64,000 nucleotides of DNA from Torpedo marmorata (lineage: Eukaryota). The stretch covers positions 157,914,001 through 157,978,000 of the forward strand of contig OZ360220.1 in assembly GCA_977017645.1 (NCBI GenBank). The letters are read 5' to 3'. How positions within the stretch are numbered: position 1 is the stretch's first letter; each line of letters opens with the position of its first letter. The position numbers and the translations under genes are program-made. Shown here piece after piece: positions 1-13,119 of this stretch. Under the pieces are notes generated by a model. The model did not search any database, had not been told where the DNA came from, and worked only from the letters and a program-made list of their open reading frames with translations.

Positions 1-753
1 GGCTTTATCAACGTTCTGGTTTAAAGTCATCTCTCTCACCCCAGAGATTTGAACTCTTGCAAACACAGCAATCTGGCTAAAACTGACAGATGAAGAAACA
101 ATACAAAAATGCAAAAGATAACAAAAATCCAAGTCAGATATTTCAACTTTGGTCATTTCAGTTTTGAGAACCAGCAAGAGTTGATGCTTTGAAAAATGGA
201 CGTCCAACACAGTAACATAAGAATTGACAGATCCGCATGTGAGCATGACAGAATTAGAAAAGCAATCCAAATAAATTCCATTCAGGAAAGTTTCAAGTCT
301 TATGCATACAAAACTAAACAGATTTAAATCATGATGTCTGCAGGAGCTACTAATGTGATAACCACCATCCTCTTAATTTGAATAAAAATAATTGTAGAGT
401 TCTGCAGTTTTACATGGAAGTGGCATATCTTACAAAGTTATGCATATGTATGAAAGAATTCTCCACTGTGGATTCTGACTGTTTGTTTCTTTATTCTTGC
501 TCTTTAATTAGATAATGCCCTTCCAAAAATTGGTACAGGATAAATTATTTAAAAATATGTAAGAGTTTGTTTTAGCTGGAGCCTATAGTGTCAGATCAAA
601 TTCTTCATATCAGTATACAGATCCAGGATAATGATCTCCCAATATGTGCAAATTTCAAGTTTGTGTTTTATTGTAAGCTGCTTTCTATGTTTTTACTTTT
701 AATTGAATTGAAGGGTACTTTGTTCTGATGTTTAAGTTTCCACTTTGATACAG

Positions 754-813
754 CCAGAGAGAGTCCCTCCACCTCGCCCACCTCCTCCAAAGATAAACAG
801 TGCTACTTCACCC
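754..813 (+). CDS. DENND1A: DENND1A 60-nt cassette exon (PERVPPPRPPPPKINSATSP), phase 0/0
   Basis: Acceptor tttccactttgatacag, donor gtgagt, 20 codons. The RPPPPKI peptide resembles the optional mammalian DENND1A segment (recalled as RPTRPPPKIQRSRP) that precedes VRPPRP. Phase fits the 14236 exon. Confidence 0.7.
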
Positions 814-2544
814 GTGAGTAGAACTGAAGTTGTGTTCTTCCTTAATTATTTTTAACACTGCCTAATTTGCTTTGCTGATTCTACTCACCCTTCTCTCTTC
901 AGTGTGTGCTATCTGGTTTTGTGCCAAGGGATCGAAGCTTTGCTCACTCTTCTCTCAGAACAGGTGTAAAACACAATCTAATTTTTAATTCTACCTATGT
1001 TTGGTGCTGATTGGCATTAGGATAAAACCATGCAGGATATTTTGCTTGATTAAATTGTCATAGAACCCTGGGCTGTGTCAGTGCATCTGACATGGGACTC
1101 TTTAACATCTGGATACAAAGCTCTAACCTCAACTGCATGCATGGATGTGGCAGTTTGTGTTTGTACATTGGAAACAGGCATGTTGTACATGCTCAGAGGT
1201 GTTTAACCTTTTAACTGGGCTAATTACATATTTATTATGTAATCTACAATATTCATAAGGTGTGCTGTGTTCTTATATGCCTCTATGTGTGCTGCTGTGT
1301 GCATGAGGCACATTAGAAATAGTATTTTGTGATGATGTTTGTATAAGTGTTCTGGGATGTTTTCAATCATTCATTGTATGAGGTTTTCAAAAGGTGGTAA
1401 GGCCAGCTTGCAGTGTTCAATGCACCATCAGACTTGAGTTCTGTGCACTTAAACTGTTCCCATAAACAAATGGAGTTAATGTGATGAAGTATTGTTGCTA
1501 GTCAAAAAAACATGCCGTCGCAGAACAATGTAACATGTTGACATTCCTGATTCCCTCCCTCGAAATGCTCACTATCTCGGGCACACAGAGGACAAGGGTT
1601 CCTACTTATGGAGGGAAGGATGATCAGGGACAGAGCAGTGTGATCAGAGGATAGGGAGCAGGTCATCCGTCAGTCTGTCAACTGTGGAATGCTGCACAGC
1701 TTAAGAAAGCAGAGATGCTTGACCAAAGAATAAAAAATAGGCCAATTACTATATTAGGTTTGTGGTAAAATTAAATTTTAGACACAGGATGTTAGTTTAA
1801 GAAATGACACTGAAAGTTTTCTTCTTATTCTTTCCTGGGATTTGGGCATCGCAGGCATAGTACGACTACATTTGCCCTTGGGAGTCTGAGGATGATGTGG
1901 CTGTTTGAACAACTGATGATCACGTGCTTTATACTCTTCTTGTGATCTGCTACAGCTCAGTGGCACAACAGATCACAACATAAGTATTACCAACATGCTG
2001 TGCATCTAGAGTCACATAGGCTTGACCTGCTAAGTTTTTTTTTCCTTAAAAGATACTGTAAAGCAGATACATTTCTGAAAATCCAATAGTTTCATATTAA
2101 GTGATCCCATCTTCGATTCCCAATTCATTTAATTAACAGAGTTTATACATGGAACTCATAAGGTTACTATACCTCAAATAAAGTAGTTTTAATACATTTT
2201 ATTCTTGGATTCTAATTTATTGGTTACAAATTTAGTCCTCTTTGTTGCTAAGATATCACTCCCCAATTTATTGTCTTTTCAAATATTTAATGAAAAAGCA
2301 GCATAATCCCAAGTGAAATAAAAGAAAAAAACATGGACAGCTATGTCAGTACTGCATCAGCATTTTCAATATTAGTTTTAGATTTGATCTGGTAACCCTC
2401 TTCGGTTGCTGCTAGCTTTGAGAGTCGTTAAGTAGTGTGCAATGCTCAGCAAGCAAGTCACAACCAGTGAGCAGAAATCTTACCAACCCATTAGCTGTAG
2501 CAATGGGGGAACAGGCAGATTAGCCAATGGAGGGGAGACAAGCT

Positions 2545-3210
2545 TGACCCTAGGGAACAATGGTTGACCCTAGGAGACCAAGGTTGACCTGAGGGGACCA
2601 AGGTTGACCCTAGGGGACCAAGGTTGACGCTAGGGGACCAAGATGTACCCTAGGCTACAAGGTTGACCCTAGGGGACCAGACAGAGTAGCTGGTAGGAGG
2701 AGGGACAAGGTTGGCCCTCTTCCCTGGGCTCTGCAGTTCAAGATTAACCCTTCTGCTCTGGGCTCTACAGTACAAGGTTAACCCCTATACCCGGGGCTCT
2801 GCAGTTCAAGGTTAACCCTTCTGCTCTGGGCTCTACTGTACAAGGTTAACCCCTATACCCTGGGCTCTGCAGTTCAAGGTTAACCCTTCTGTTCTGGGCT
2901 CTACAGTACAAGGTTAACCCCTATACCCTGGGCTCTGCAGTTCAAGGTTAACCCTTCTGTTCTGGGCTCTACAGTACAAGGTTAACCCCTATACCCTGGG
3001 CTCTGCAGTTCAAGGTTAACCCTTCTGTTCTGGGCTCTACAGTACAAGGTTAACCCCTATACCCTGGGCTCTGCAGTTCTAGGTTGATCCTCTGCCCTGG
3101 GCTCTGCAGTTCTAGGTTGGCCCTCTGTGTGGGGCACTGCAGTTTTAGGTTGACCCTCTGCCTTGGGCTCTGCAGTTCTAAGTTGGCCTTCTGCCCAGAA
3201 CTCTGCAGTT
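2545..3210. repeat. Compound minisatellite: about 20-bp units, then alternating 34-bp A/B units (68-bp period), then 33-bp units
   Basis: Read directly. 20-mer gaccctaggggaccaaggtt; A=ctgggctctgcagttcaaggttaacccttctgtt; B=ctgggctctacagtacaaggttaacccctatacc; ttcaaggtta recurs at 2941 and 3009. Confidence 0.95.
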
Positions 3211-4177
3211 CTCTCTTCATCAAAGCACCACAAGGACAGTTGCATTAATATTAACTGAAACCTGCTTTGAAAAAAAAAATCTAAAATCTAAAATGATGTA
3301 AATTAAATGAAACAAAAATTAATGGACTCCAGCCCCTGGTAAAAGAGGCTTAATTTACATTGGGTTTTCATGTTTACCCTGGTTCCTTGGCCTGTTTTAC
3401 ACTCCCCACATTCTGATGACTCCTTTAGGTCCTTCTCAGTCGGGGGAAGCCTGTCCTCTGTAATGTGATGATGTTACTAGATATAAAAAGCATTCTGATT
3501 GTCAGTGATGGAGCAGGGGTAGATGTGTGGCTCCTGCAGTAATACCACACCATTGCTGCCAAAGAGGTTGAGATCTGTCTCTGTCTTTAGAAGAAGTAAA
3601 ATCACAGCAGGAGGAAGCCATTTGGCACCTCAAGTCTGCTCCGCCAATCAATAACAAAATCTCTATCACAGGTTCTGTCAATCATAGTTGTTGTGACGGG
3701 CTTTAAACTCTTGTGACGAGATGGATGATGCTTTGCTGTTACTGTTTTATCTTCATGGAAGGGGCTGCAGAAAAAGTCGGATGCCTCACCATTCCTCTGC
3801 ATCTGCCCACTCCAATGTTCATGACTCTGTTCCTGCACAACTTTCAACGAATGTTGTAAGAAGTACTGAGAGTGAGGGAAAAAATAAACAAGATGTAAGG
3901 TTTAGACAGATGAGAAAAATGTTAAAATTAGTTTGTGGTTCAAGGATGATCTTGTGACTGAACTTCCTCCTGAAGACCCTGTCTATTCTTGTGTGTTTAT
4001 TTATTGCAGTGTTTTGTAAGATCATCTTGAGATTTTTTCCTATATATCCCATTTTTATGTTGATGAATAGAAGGGGTTTTCATCTGATCAAGATGTCAGC
4101 TGATGATCAGCTGTATTTGTGGTTAGCATCAGAGATCACATAAGAACATAAGAAATTAGGAACAGGAGTAGGCCAAC

Positions 4178-4570
4178 CGTGAAGACAATAAAAACAAATC
4201 TATCCTAGAATATGAATCATGTCTAAAAGAGTAAAAAGAATAATCTTTTTCTCTAGGATTCAATTTTCTCCAAATACTATTAAATTTAAGTCTTTCATCA
4301 AAGTAAGAACTCTTTTAGCAATTTTAGTTTTAGCAACTGATCTTGATGTTTTATCCATTATTGGATCTAAACAACAATTAAAATCCCCACCAATTAAAAT
4401 ATTCTCATTAGCTTCTGACAAATGCAAAAAAGAGTCTTGAATAAATTGTTCATCATCTGCATTTGGTACATATGTATTCATAAGTTTTCAAAATTCTGAG
4501 TATATCTGGCAATGTATTAAAACATATCTACCTACCACATCTATAACTACAGATTATATTTTAAAAGGTG
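4178..4570 (-). pseudogene. L1 ORF2 APE endonuclease fragment (inverted segment)
   Basis: Minus strand reads DVVGRYV, NTYVPN, ILIGGDFN and, after a frameshift, WRKLNPREKDYSFYS..HDSYSRID. Confidence 0.9.
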
Positions 4571-6664
4571 TTTTTATTAAAAATAGATATTCAAAGGATA
4601 ATATAGCTAGATTAATTAGTTTAATTAATGTGCATAAAAAGAAGGATGATTTAGCATTAGTATTAACGTTAGATGCTGAAAAGGCTTTTGATAGATTAGA
4701 GAGGAATTTTTTATTTAAGGTATTGGAGAAATTTGGTTTTGGAACTACATTTATTAACTGGATTAAAACTATATATAAAGAACCATCTGCTAAAGTGGTT
4801 ACAAATGGACAAATTTCTTCAAGATTCCCTCTGACTAGGTCAACTAGACAAGGATGCCCTTTGTCACCAGCATTGTTTACTTTAGCGATAGAACCTTTGG
4901 CAGAATTAGTTAGACAAGATGTTAAGATTGTAGGTATTAAAGTTGGAAGGGAAGAATATAAAATTAGTTTATTTGCAGATGATGTATTGATATACATGAC
5001 AAAACCTATTACTTCTTTAGTACAATTGACTGCTTTATTGAGAGAATATGGGGAAATATCTGGTTATAAGATTAATTCTGATAAAAGTGAAATTATGGCA
5101 TTAACGCAAGGGGATTATAGTAAATGTAAAGAAATTACACAATTTAAATGGTCAAAAGAAGGAATTAAATAGTTGGGAATAAAGATTGATACAAAATTAG
5201 TTAATTTGTATAAATTAAATTATTTACCATTGTTTATGAAAATTAAAAAAGATTTAGAGAGTTGGAAGGATTTACCTATAACTTTAATGGGAAGAGTAAA
5301 TTGTATTAAAATGAATGTTTTTCCTAGAATTCAATATCTCTTTCAATCAATTCCTTATGAAATTCCTCAAAACATTTTTAAAGATCTAAATTCAATTATT
5401 AGGAAGTTTTTGTGGAAAGGAAAGTTGGCAAGAGTAGGTATAGAGAAATTAACGGAACTATGAAATGGGTGGTTTACAACTTCCTAACTTTCAAAATTAT
5501 TATAAAGCAGCTCAATTAAAATTTGTTAATAAACTTTTTGATTTAACTAAATCTTCCGCCTGGATTAGAATAGAATTAAATAATATAGGAGAAGATTCCA
5601 AAGAAGAAGTTATTTATAAATGGAATTCTAAATTAATATCGACAAGAAGGAAAAACTCTCCTATCTTTAAACATTTGATAGAAATATGGAACAAGACGGA
5701 TAAGGAAATAGGAGGAAAAGGATAGATTTCTCCAAAAATGCCTCTATATCAAAATGAACTTATTCCATTTACTGTTAATAATCAATTATTTAAAATTTGG
5801 TTTCAAAAAGGAATTAAGAAAATAAATGATTGTTTTGAAGCTGGTAAATTTATTACTTTTCAAAGAATAAAAGATAAATTTAATATATTGGATAATACAC
5901 TTTTTGCTTATTACCAAATTAGAGCATTTTTGGTTGGGAAATTAGGTTATAGCTTGACTTTACCAAGACAGAATGAATTAGAATTATTAGTTACTAAGGG
6001 AGATGTAAATAAATTTATTTCTCAAATGTATAGATTGTTTCAGAGAAAAATTCCTAAAGTAGGAATTCATAAATCAAGATTAAAGTGGGAATTAGATTTG
6101 AATGTAACAATAGATGAAGATCATTGGAAAGAATTATGTAAACTAAGTATGACGAAGATTATTAATGTTAGATATAGACTAGTACAATATAATTTTTTTC
6201 ATCAATTATATTTAACACCTAAAAAGTTAAAGAAATTCAATGCGACATTATCAGGTTTATGTTTTAGATGTAATAGAGAGGAAGGTTCTTTTGTACATTC
6301 TACATGGTTTTGTCCAAAAGTTTATGATTTTTGGTTGAAAGTTAAAAAGTTTTTAGACAAAGTATTAAAAATTACATTCCCAATGGACCCTATGATATTT
6401 CTGTTTGGAGATATTAAAAAAGTTAGTATTAAGATGAAATTAAATATGTATCAAATAGAATTTTTGCGAATTGCTTTAGCTGTTTCAAAGAAATGTATTG
6501 CTATTACTTGGAAATCTGATGTAGATTTAGGGTTAGAAAGATGGCATGCAGAACTTCGTTCATGTATACCACTTGAAAAAATTACTTACAATTTACGTAA
6601 TAAATACCATTTCTTTTTGAAATATGGAGCCCATATATTGAAGGTTGTTGGTTTAAGGATTTGA
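4571..6664 (+). pseudogene. L1 ORF2 reverse transcriptase and C-terminal domain, interrupted by stops and a frameshift
   Basis: LDAEKAFDR, TRQGCPLSP, LFADD, and C-terminal CFRC..EGSFVHSTWFCPKV, split over four ORFs. Confidence 0.93.
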
Positions 6665-7017
6665 AGATCTCTGGACATCGGATCTGACTGGCGAACCTAA
6701 CCTCCATAATAAAATTAGTTTATAGATGTATTTTTTTAGATTGACATTCTCCTTATTCTATCTTTTTCTTTCTTTTTTATTTTTATTTTAGTAGATTAGT
6801 AGGGATGGGAGGGTTAGGGAGGGGAGGGTGGGGGGGGGGGTGAAAATGTATCACAAGTATTTTGATAATTTTATATTTTACCTTATGTATTTTGTGATTT
6901 AAAATTTTAAATAAAATATTTTTAAAAAGGAGTAGGCCAACTGGCCCATCGAGCCTGCTCCGCCATTCAATAAGATCATGGCTGTTCAGTAATGTGAATT
7001 ATTGGCAGCAAAGTTCA

Positions 7018-7978
7018 TGCGTACCTCAGGGCTGTGTGCTCAGCCCACTCATGTTCATGCTACTGACCCACGACTGCATTGCCAGATCCAGCTCCAACAG
7101 TGTCTTCAAGTTGGCAGATGACACAACAGTAGTTGGCCTAATCAGCAACAACGATGATTTGAACTGCAGAGAAGAGGTGGAAAATCTCGTGGTATGCTGC
7201 GAGAGTAACAACCTGAGTCTCAACATGGACCAGACGAAGGAGATGACCATGGACTTCAGAAGGACCAGGAACGACCACCCTCCACTACACATCAATAACT
7301 CTGTAGTGGAGAGCACCAAGTTCCTTGGAGTTCACTTAACTAGTGACCTATCATGGACACGAAACATCTCTTCACTTGTCAGGAAGGTGCAACAGCCTCT
7401 GCACTTCCTGATAAGACTGAAGCGGGCAAGGCTACCAGCTACCATCATGTCAACCTTCTACAGGAGCTCTATCGAGAGCGTCCTGGCCGGCTGCATCACA
7501 GTGTGGTACGGTTGCTGCAGAGAAATGGATTGGAGGTCAATCCACAGGACCATGAGAGTGGCAGAGAGGATCACTGGAATTTCCCTCCCCCCATCGATGT
7601 TGTCTGAAGAGGGCGTGCAAAATCATTGAGAACCCCTTCCACCCCGCACACAGCATCTTTCAGCTGCTCCCATTGGGAAAGAGATACAGGAGTATCAGAG
7701 CCAGTGCCACCAGACTGAGAAACAGCTTCTTCCCATGGGCAGTGAGAATGCTGAACGACCAAAGGAACTGCTCACACTAACCATCTGAGACTCTCATATT
7801 AATGAAACAATATTTATTTATTTAGTTGTATATATGAATGCTAATCCACAATATGTATTGTCTGTTTGTATGTGTGTTACGTCTGGTTGTGTGTCTGCAT
7901 GTTTTGCACCGAGGACGGGAGAACACTATTTCGTCGGGTTGTACTTGTACAATCAGATAACAATAAATTTGACTTGAT
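7018..7978 (+). mobile_element. Rex1/Babar-type non-LTR retrotransposon, 5'-truncated
   Basis: VPQGCVLSP..LTHDC, KLADDTTVVGLI, KTKEM-like motif (QTKEMTMDFRR), FYRSSIESVL..CITVWYG; 3' end caataaatttgacttga. Confidence 0.85.
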
Positions 7979-8029
7979 GTTGAGTACAACTACAACTTGT
8001 AGCATAATTCAGAATTCCTTCATGAGGTG

Positions 8030-8590
8030 AAGTTTTATGCCAGGGAAATCAGCTCTTTGTGTTATATCGTACAAGATATTGGTGAGACCACACTTGGAGT
8101 ATGGTGCACAGTTCTGATCACCTGCCCAAGAAGGATATCATTGATTTGGAAAGGGTGAAGAAATGATTTACAAGAACATTGTCATGACTAAAGGGCTTAA
8201 GGTATAAGGAGAGGCTGGGGCTTTTCATCTGGAGCATAGGAGGCTGAGGGCTGACCTTTTCAAGCTATGTAAAATAATGAGAAGAATGGATAAGGTGAAT
8301 GGTCAGTCTTTTTCCCAGGGTAGGGGAATCAAAAATGAGAGGGCATAGATTTAATGTGAGAGAGAAAAGGTATAAAGGGGATCATAGGTGGTGGGTAGGT
8401 GGAACCTGCTGTCAGAGGAAGGGGTAGAAGCACGTATAATTTCTATGTTTAATAGACATTTGGACGGGTACATGGATAGAAAAGGTTCAGAGGGATATGG
8501 CAAATATGACTGGCTCAGGAGGGCAACTCGGTCAGTGTGGATGTGTTGGGCTAAAGGGACTGTTTCTGTGCTGTTTAACTCCATGACTCT
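8030..8590 (+). mobile_element. Degenerate CR1 LINE 3' fragment
   Basis: Decayed LYKxLVRPHLEY coding sequence and CR1-type 3' end (gggctaaagggactgtttctgtgctg..ctccatgactcta). Confidence 0.8.
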
Positions 8591-11500
8591 ACATTCAAAC
8601 TATTTGTTTTCTAATTTACTGTCATTAGCAACAGGGGTTAATTTAGGAGTTATTGTAGTTATTTTTGTAGTTTTTTTTTCACAAAGTACTTGTTCCGATG
8701 CAGCAATAAGAATTTTGGGCATGTGAACATTGTACAATGTGATTGACAATAAACTCATTATCATAAAGATGCAAGTGATTTAAAAGGACACTATATTCCA
8801 TGATGATTTAAACACTATGCAATAGAACCAACCTTTTAGTGTTTAGAAAAAAGTTAAAATACACAGAATTAAAGTGAGTACAGGGCTGGAGTAACCTTCA
8901 TTTCGATAATCACTTTCAATAATTACCTGATTTCAGATCATGCCTTGCCCATAGCAACAGTTCATTGTCTCAGAAGAACTCGTTGGAAACTAGGACCTCT
9001 GTAGTCTGCAGGCCCCCCCCCACCCCCCATGGCATGTCTCCTTGTACTAAAATATTCAGTTGCAATTTTCAATGAAATATCTTCATTTTATACTTTATCA
9101 TCATTTAAAGAGATCTTTGAATAAATTAAATCTTTCCCTATAATGGTGTGTCACTGAGTTTACGTCACTTATCAAAAAGGCCTCATTGTTCATTGATACT
9201 GGCACAACGCTTAATTTACAAGTCCTGGTAATCCTGACATAAGCCCAGAAAGGTACAGTGACATGTGCAATACTCTGCAGATGCTCAGTCATTAACACAG
9301 CATTAGAAAAAAAGCATGTGATATTTATTTTTACATTTTAAATCAGAAAGGTTAGTGTCTTGTGATTATAGATTTGGTAATAGCACCGCTGTAGTTAATC
9401 ACTACATATTTCAAACCTATGTGAGGAATGTGTTACAAACTCATTATGTGAAGGAACTGCATTATTATGTTGCTGTGTATGTGATGCTGCTATTTTGTAC
9501 ATAAGCTTGAATTTTATGTTTAATAATGATTAAGCGTGAGCAGTTGGGTCTGAAGCAGATTTGGATTTGCCCAGTTGGATTTGTCAGGTTCAGAAACACT
9601 GTAGGGAATCTTCGTTTTTTTTTTGTCTGACTTTCCACTGAAGTCCCTTTAGGCTATGGCTCCAATCCTTCTTTGCATTTCTCCCCAGATATATCTGGTG
9701 TTGCTGACACTAGTGGGGTAATCGCTGGCTTTTCAAAGCTCTGGCGGAAAGGTGAAAGTATTAGCAGCACAATGACAGGCAAGCTTCACGCATCACCTTC
9801 CAGCTCAAGCTTAATTAAACAGCCTTTTTTCTTTTTCTTCCTACTTCGTTCTATCATCCCTAATGAAGCAGTCTTTTCCATCGATCCTGCTGATTGCCAG
9901 GCATCCCCTTTTGTTTGTTGGCACTCAGCCATTCAGCTATGCTCTGACAGCTCATCTCTGCTAATTAGCTCTGTTGTTCTTTTCCCCCATGTTTCTCCCT
10001 GTTGCAAGTTCAGGCAAACTTGCCACAAACTTAATCCTTCTGTTCCTTCCAACGGGTTCACATGCTTAAGCTGTCTCCATTGTATGGAAGGGCAGCTTAG
10101 TCTGAGGACAGGCCCCCTCCACAGCAAGTTCACAAACCGACCTCCTCTGACCCTGGGCTTTTATTCAGTGGCGCTGGCTACTCCGAGGTCATGGGTTGAA
10201 CAACCTTCTTCTCACTGCCAAACTTTTGTTGCATTCTGCACAGAGTTAAACCCCTGAATGCTTCAGTTACTTTCTTTTGTTATTTCTTTTTAAGTTGGAG
10301 AATGTAAGTGAATATAGAATTGGTTTTTTTTTTCTACAATGGGCTATCTTAGTGATTAAAGTGAGCATTGTACCTACCCTAAATGTGATGGCTGGATCAG
10401 TTTGCAGCCTCACAGACTGTGGTTTTAGATTTCTTGCTCTGAAAGTCATCAGTCAATAAAACCAACATTCAGATCAGTAAATTCAAGAATTTGACTTTCA
10501 AGCTCCTGACAATTCTGAAATGCTTCCCAGGTTTCCAGCATGCCAGATCTCATGAAGTAACATCTGTGGAATTAGTGCTATCATTTCTCATGTAAGGTCA
10601 TTAATCAGAAATTGCTCTTTAATGATTTTAAACCAGCTGTAATAGTTCATTTGAAAAAAAAAACCTCCTTAACTGAAACTGCTAAATATATTTAAAGACT
10701 GACATTAAGTTCCATGTTGTGACTCAGTCTGTAATTGATAATCCCTTTCATTATCTAGTCTGCTTCATAAATAAAAACTGGTCCAGGCATCTGACAGACA
10801 AAACAGTGAAAGGGTAGAATCAGCTGCAGAAGAAGCCAGCAGCTTCACATTAAGGTGGGCCAGTGGCCTGGGCTCCTTGGAGTGGGGGTGGGGGGAGAGC
10901 TAACAGCAATGCCTACCCCTTTGGTGATGGAGAGTGTCACAGGTATCAAAGATTGTGAAGGAAGCAGATGGTTGAATCTATTGAATCCAGCATGTGTGAT
11001 GTGTTCTGTGAAGGAAAAGAAGAACACGTGAAGTGGGAGGGGGTGGAAGGAAACTAAATAAGAATAAAATAGACAAACTATTTTGTTCACCTTTAAATTT
11101 GTTATGAATCCTAATTTAAAATATGACTAAATTATATACTTTTCAATAATATTAAGCATTATCTACCAGGTTACTGCTATATTATTGCAGTGGTCATATA
11201 ATTTTGGCAGTAATTAGACCTTTGGGCTATATTTCTGAATTGGTTTCAGTTCAGCAACATGACATGTGAGTTATTAAAGCCTTTTAATTACCTTTAAACA
11301 GCAACTGTATTTTTGATGACATCCAAAAACATTGGTTCCAAGACTTTCAGACCTAATATCATCGATTTAAAACCACTCTCCGTCTTCATCTGAATCTCTG
11401 TGTGTTGGAATTTTGGATTACTCATGAAGTATACATACTACTCTTGGCAAAGACAATGAACTCAATAGAAGTGTGACATCAACACATTGTTTGCAAACAA

Positions 11501-11890
11501 GATGCCTCTTCCTGCTGCACGACATGAAGATGTTTGCTTTTGTCAGCAGCCTGCTGCACCGAGACTGGAGTCCGCTCAGGTTCAGAGAGATGCGTCACCC
11601 ATTGTGTGGCAGCTTCCTGTGTTTCTGGCACGCCGGGGATATGAGGGTAGGGTGGGAAGATGCCACAAGAAGGAGAAGAGCTGGGTGTAAGAAAAGGCAA
11701 ACTGGAGGCAAGAGGAGCCAGGGATAAACAAGCGGGGCCGGCAATCACAGCTTCACTTCTCCTGGGCAGTGCAGGGTCCAGCAGTCTTACTTGTGATACT
11801 CTTTGTATGCAACCTGTGTATGTAAGGAATTCAACAGTGGCTCTCTCTGAGATGACAACATTTATTGCTCTTTCTGAGTTGATTGCAGGT

Positions 11891-11958
11891 AATATATATA
11901 TACCGGTTATATATACCTGTATATACAGTATATATGTATATATATATATATATATATA
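11891..11958. repeat. Imperfect (TA)n microsatellite
   Basis: Read directly. Confidence 0.9.
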
Positions 11959-13119
11959 GGTAGGTACAGGTCTAAAATGAGATGGGTTAAATGAGATGAG
12001 GCCGGAGGACTACTCATCTCACATTGCATCTCCAACCAGCTCCCATGATGCTTGTACACAAGTTAAGAACAGTACTTGATTTCAGTTTGGTAACTTGCAT
12101 TGGTGGAATTTAAAGTTTGACTCCAGTCAGCTAATCTGTAACCACTCAGCCACCACCCCATCCACTTGCTGGGACTTAATATTGGAAACTATGATCGTGT
12201 GAGCAGAAAAGCTTGGTTTCCTTTGCAGAGCAAGTACACCTGCGTACAGACTTCTACTCGATTCTCATGAACTGCTCAGCCATGAAGACCACAGGCTCAG
12301 GAAGCCTGGTAGAATAAAAGCTCACGTTTGATTGCACGTGCTTGGAATGTGATGTATTGATGCTTTGGTAATTCTGTAATGCTCCACGATGTTTTTCCCT
12401 ACAAAAATATTTGCAGTGTTTTTCCACCAGTCGTGTGATGCCAAACTCTTTAATGTTACTGTCACGTGGAATCCTTTGCGGATCACACTGCAGAATGCCT
12501 CTGGTTGCAGCTGAGAATCAAAAGCCACGGGTGTCTGCAGTTTTGAAGAAGTGAATGCCTAGATTCACTTTATGGAAGGCCAACTGCCTGTTCCTGCACT
12601 TAACTGAGACCAACCATGCTGCCTGAAGCCAGTGGTTCCCAGCAGAATCACTGGCATTCAGCCACTCAGACACAAGCCCATGCGTAGAGAGTCTGGGACT
12701 TTGTAACAGATTCGGGAGTCCAGTCCCACACAATCCTGTTGTTGTCTGATCCAGGGTGTTTAATATAAACTGTGAACCCCATTGCTTGCATTCAATTTGA
12801 AAATCACCTTCTAACGTGTATAATCCCATTGTTCTTGCATGTTTAGATGTACCAGTATAATATTAAACTTGCTCAACACTTGTCAGCTGTTCCCAAGGTG
12901 ACTGCTTTCACCCTAATTTCCCTTGAAGGTGACAGCACTTTGGTTAGATTCATAAACCACACAGTATTTGTTTTCCTATGAACGCAAGCATTGTAATCTC
13001 CTTTTATGTGTATTTTGTTGATTTTTGTGGAAAAAGTGCCTTAATTTCACCACATGCTAAATTCAAGGTGTATGTATCCCTTTTAATATGATTGTGTGTT
13101 CGCAACACCTGTTGATTTC

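Larger units (their letters stand above)
4178..6927 (+). mobile_element. L1-clade LINE, 5'-truncated and 5'-inverted, with 14-bp TSD
   Basis: TSD aggagtaggccaac at 4164-4177 and 6928-6941. RT and C-terminal cysteine-rich region on +, endonuclease fragment on -. G-rich 3' UTR, AATAAA at 6910-6915, short A-rich end. Inserted into a CR1 3'-tail remnant. Confidence 0.93.

Noticed and set aside
3057-3245. ORF with RTAEP repeats
   Set aside because: Translation of the 33-bp minisatellite; no splice or homology support.
9673-10257. 194-aa ORF in a DENND1A intron
   Set aside because: Non-ATG start, low-complexity composition, no recognisable domain and no match to DENND1A.
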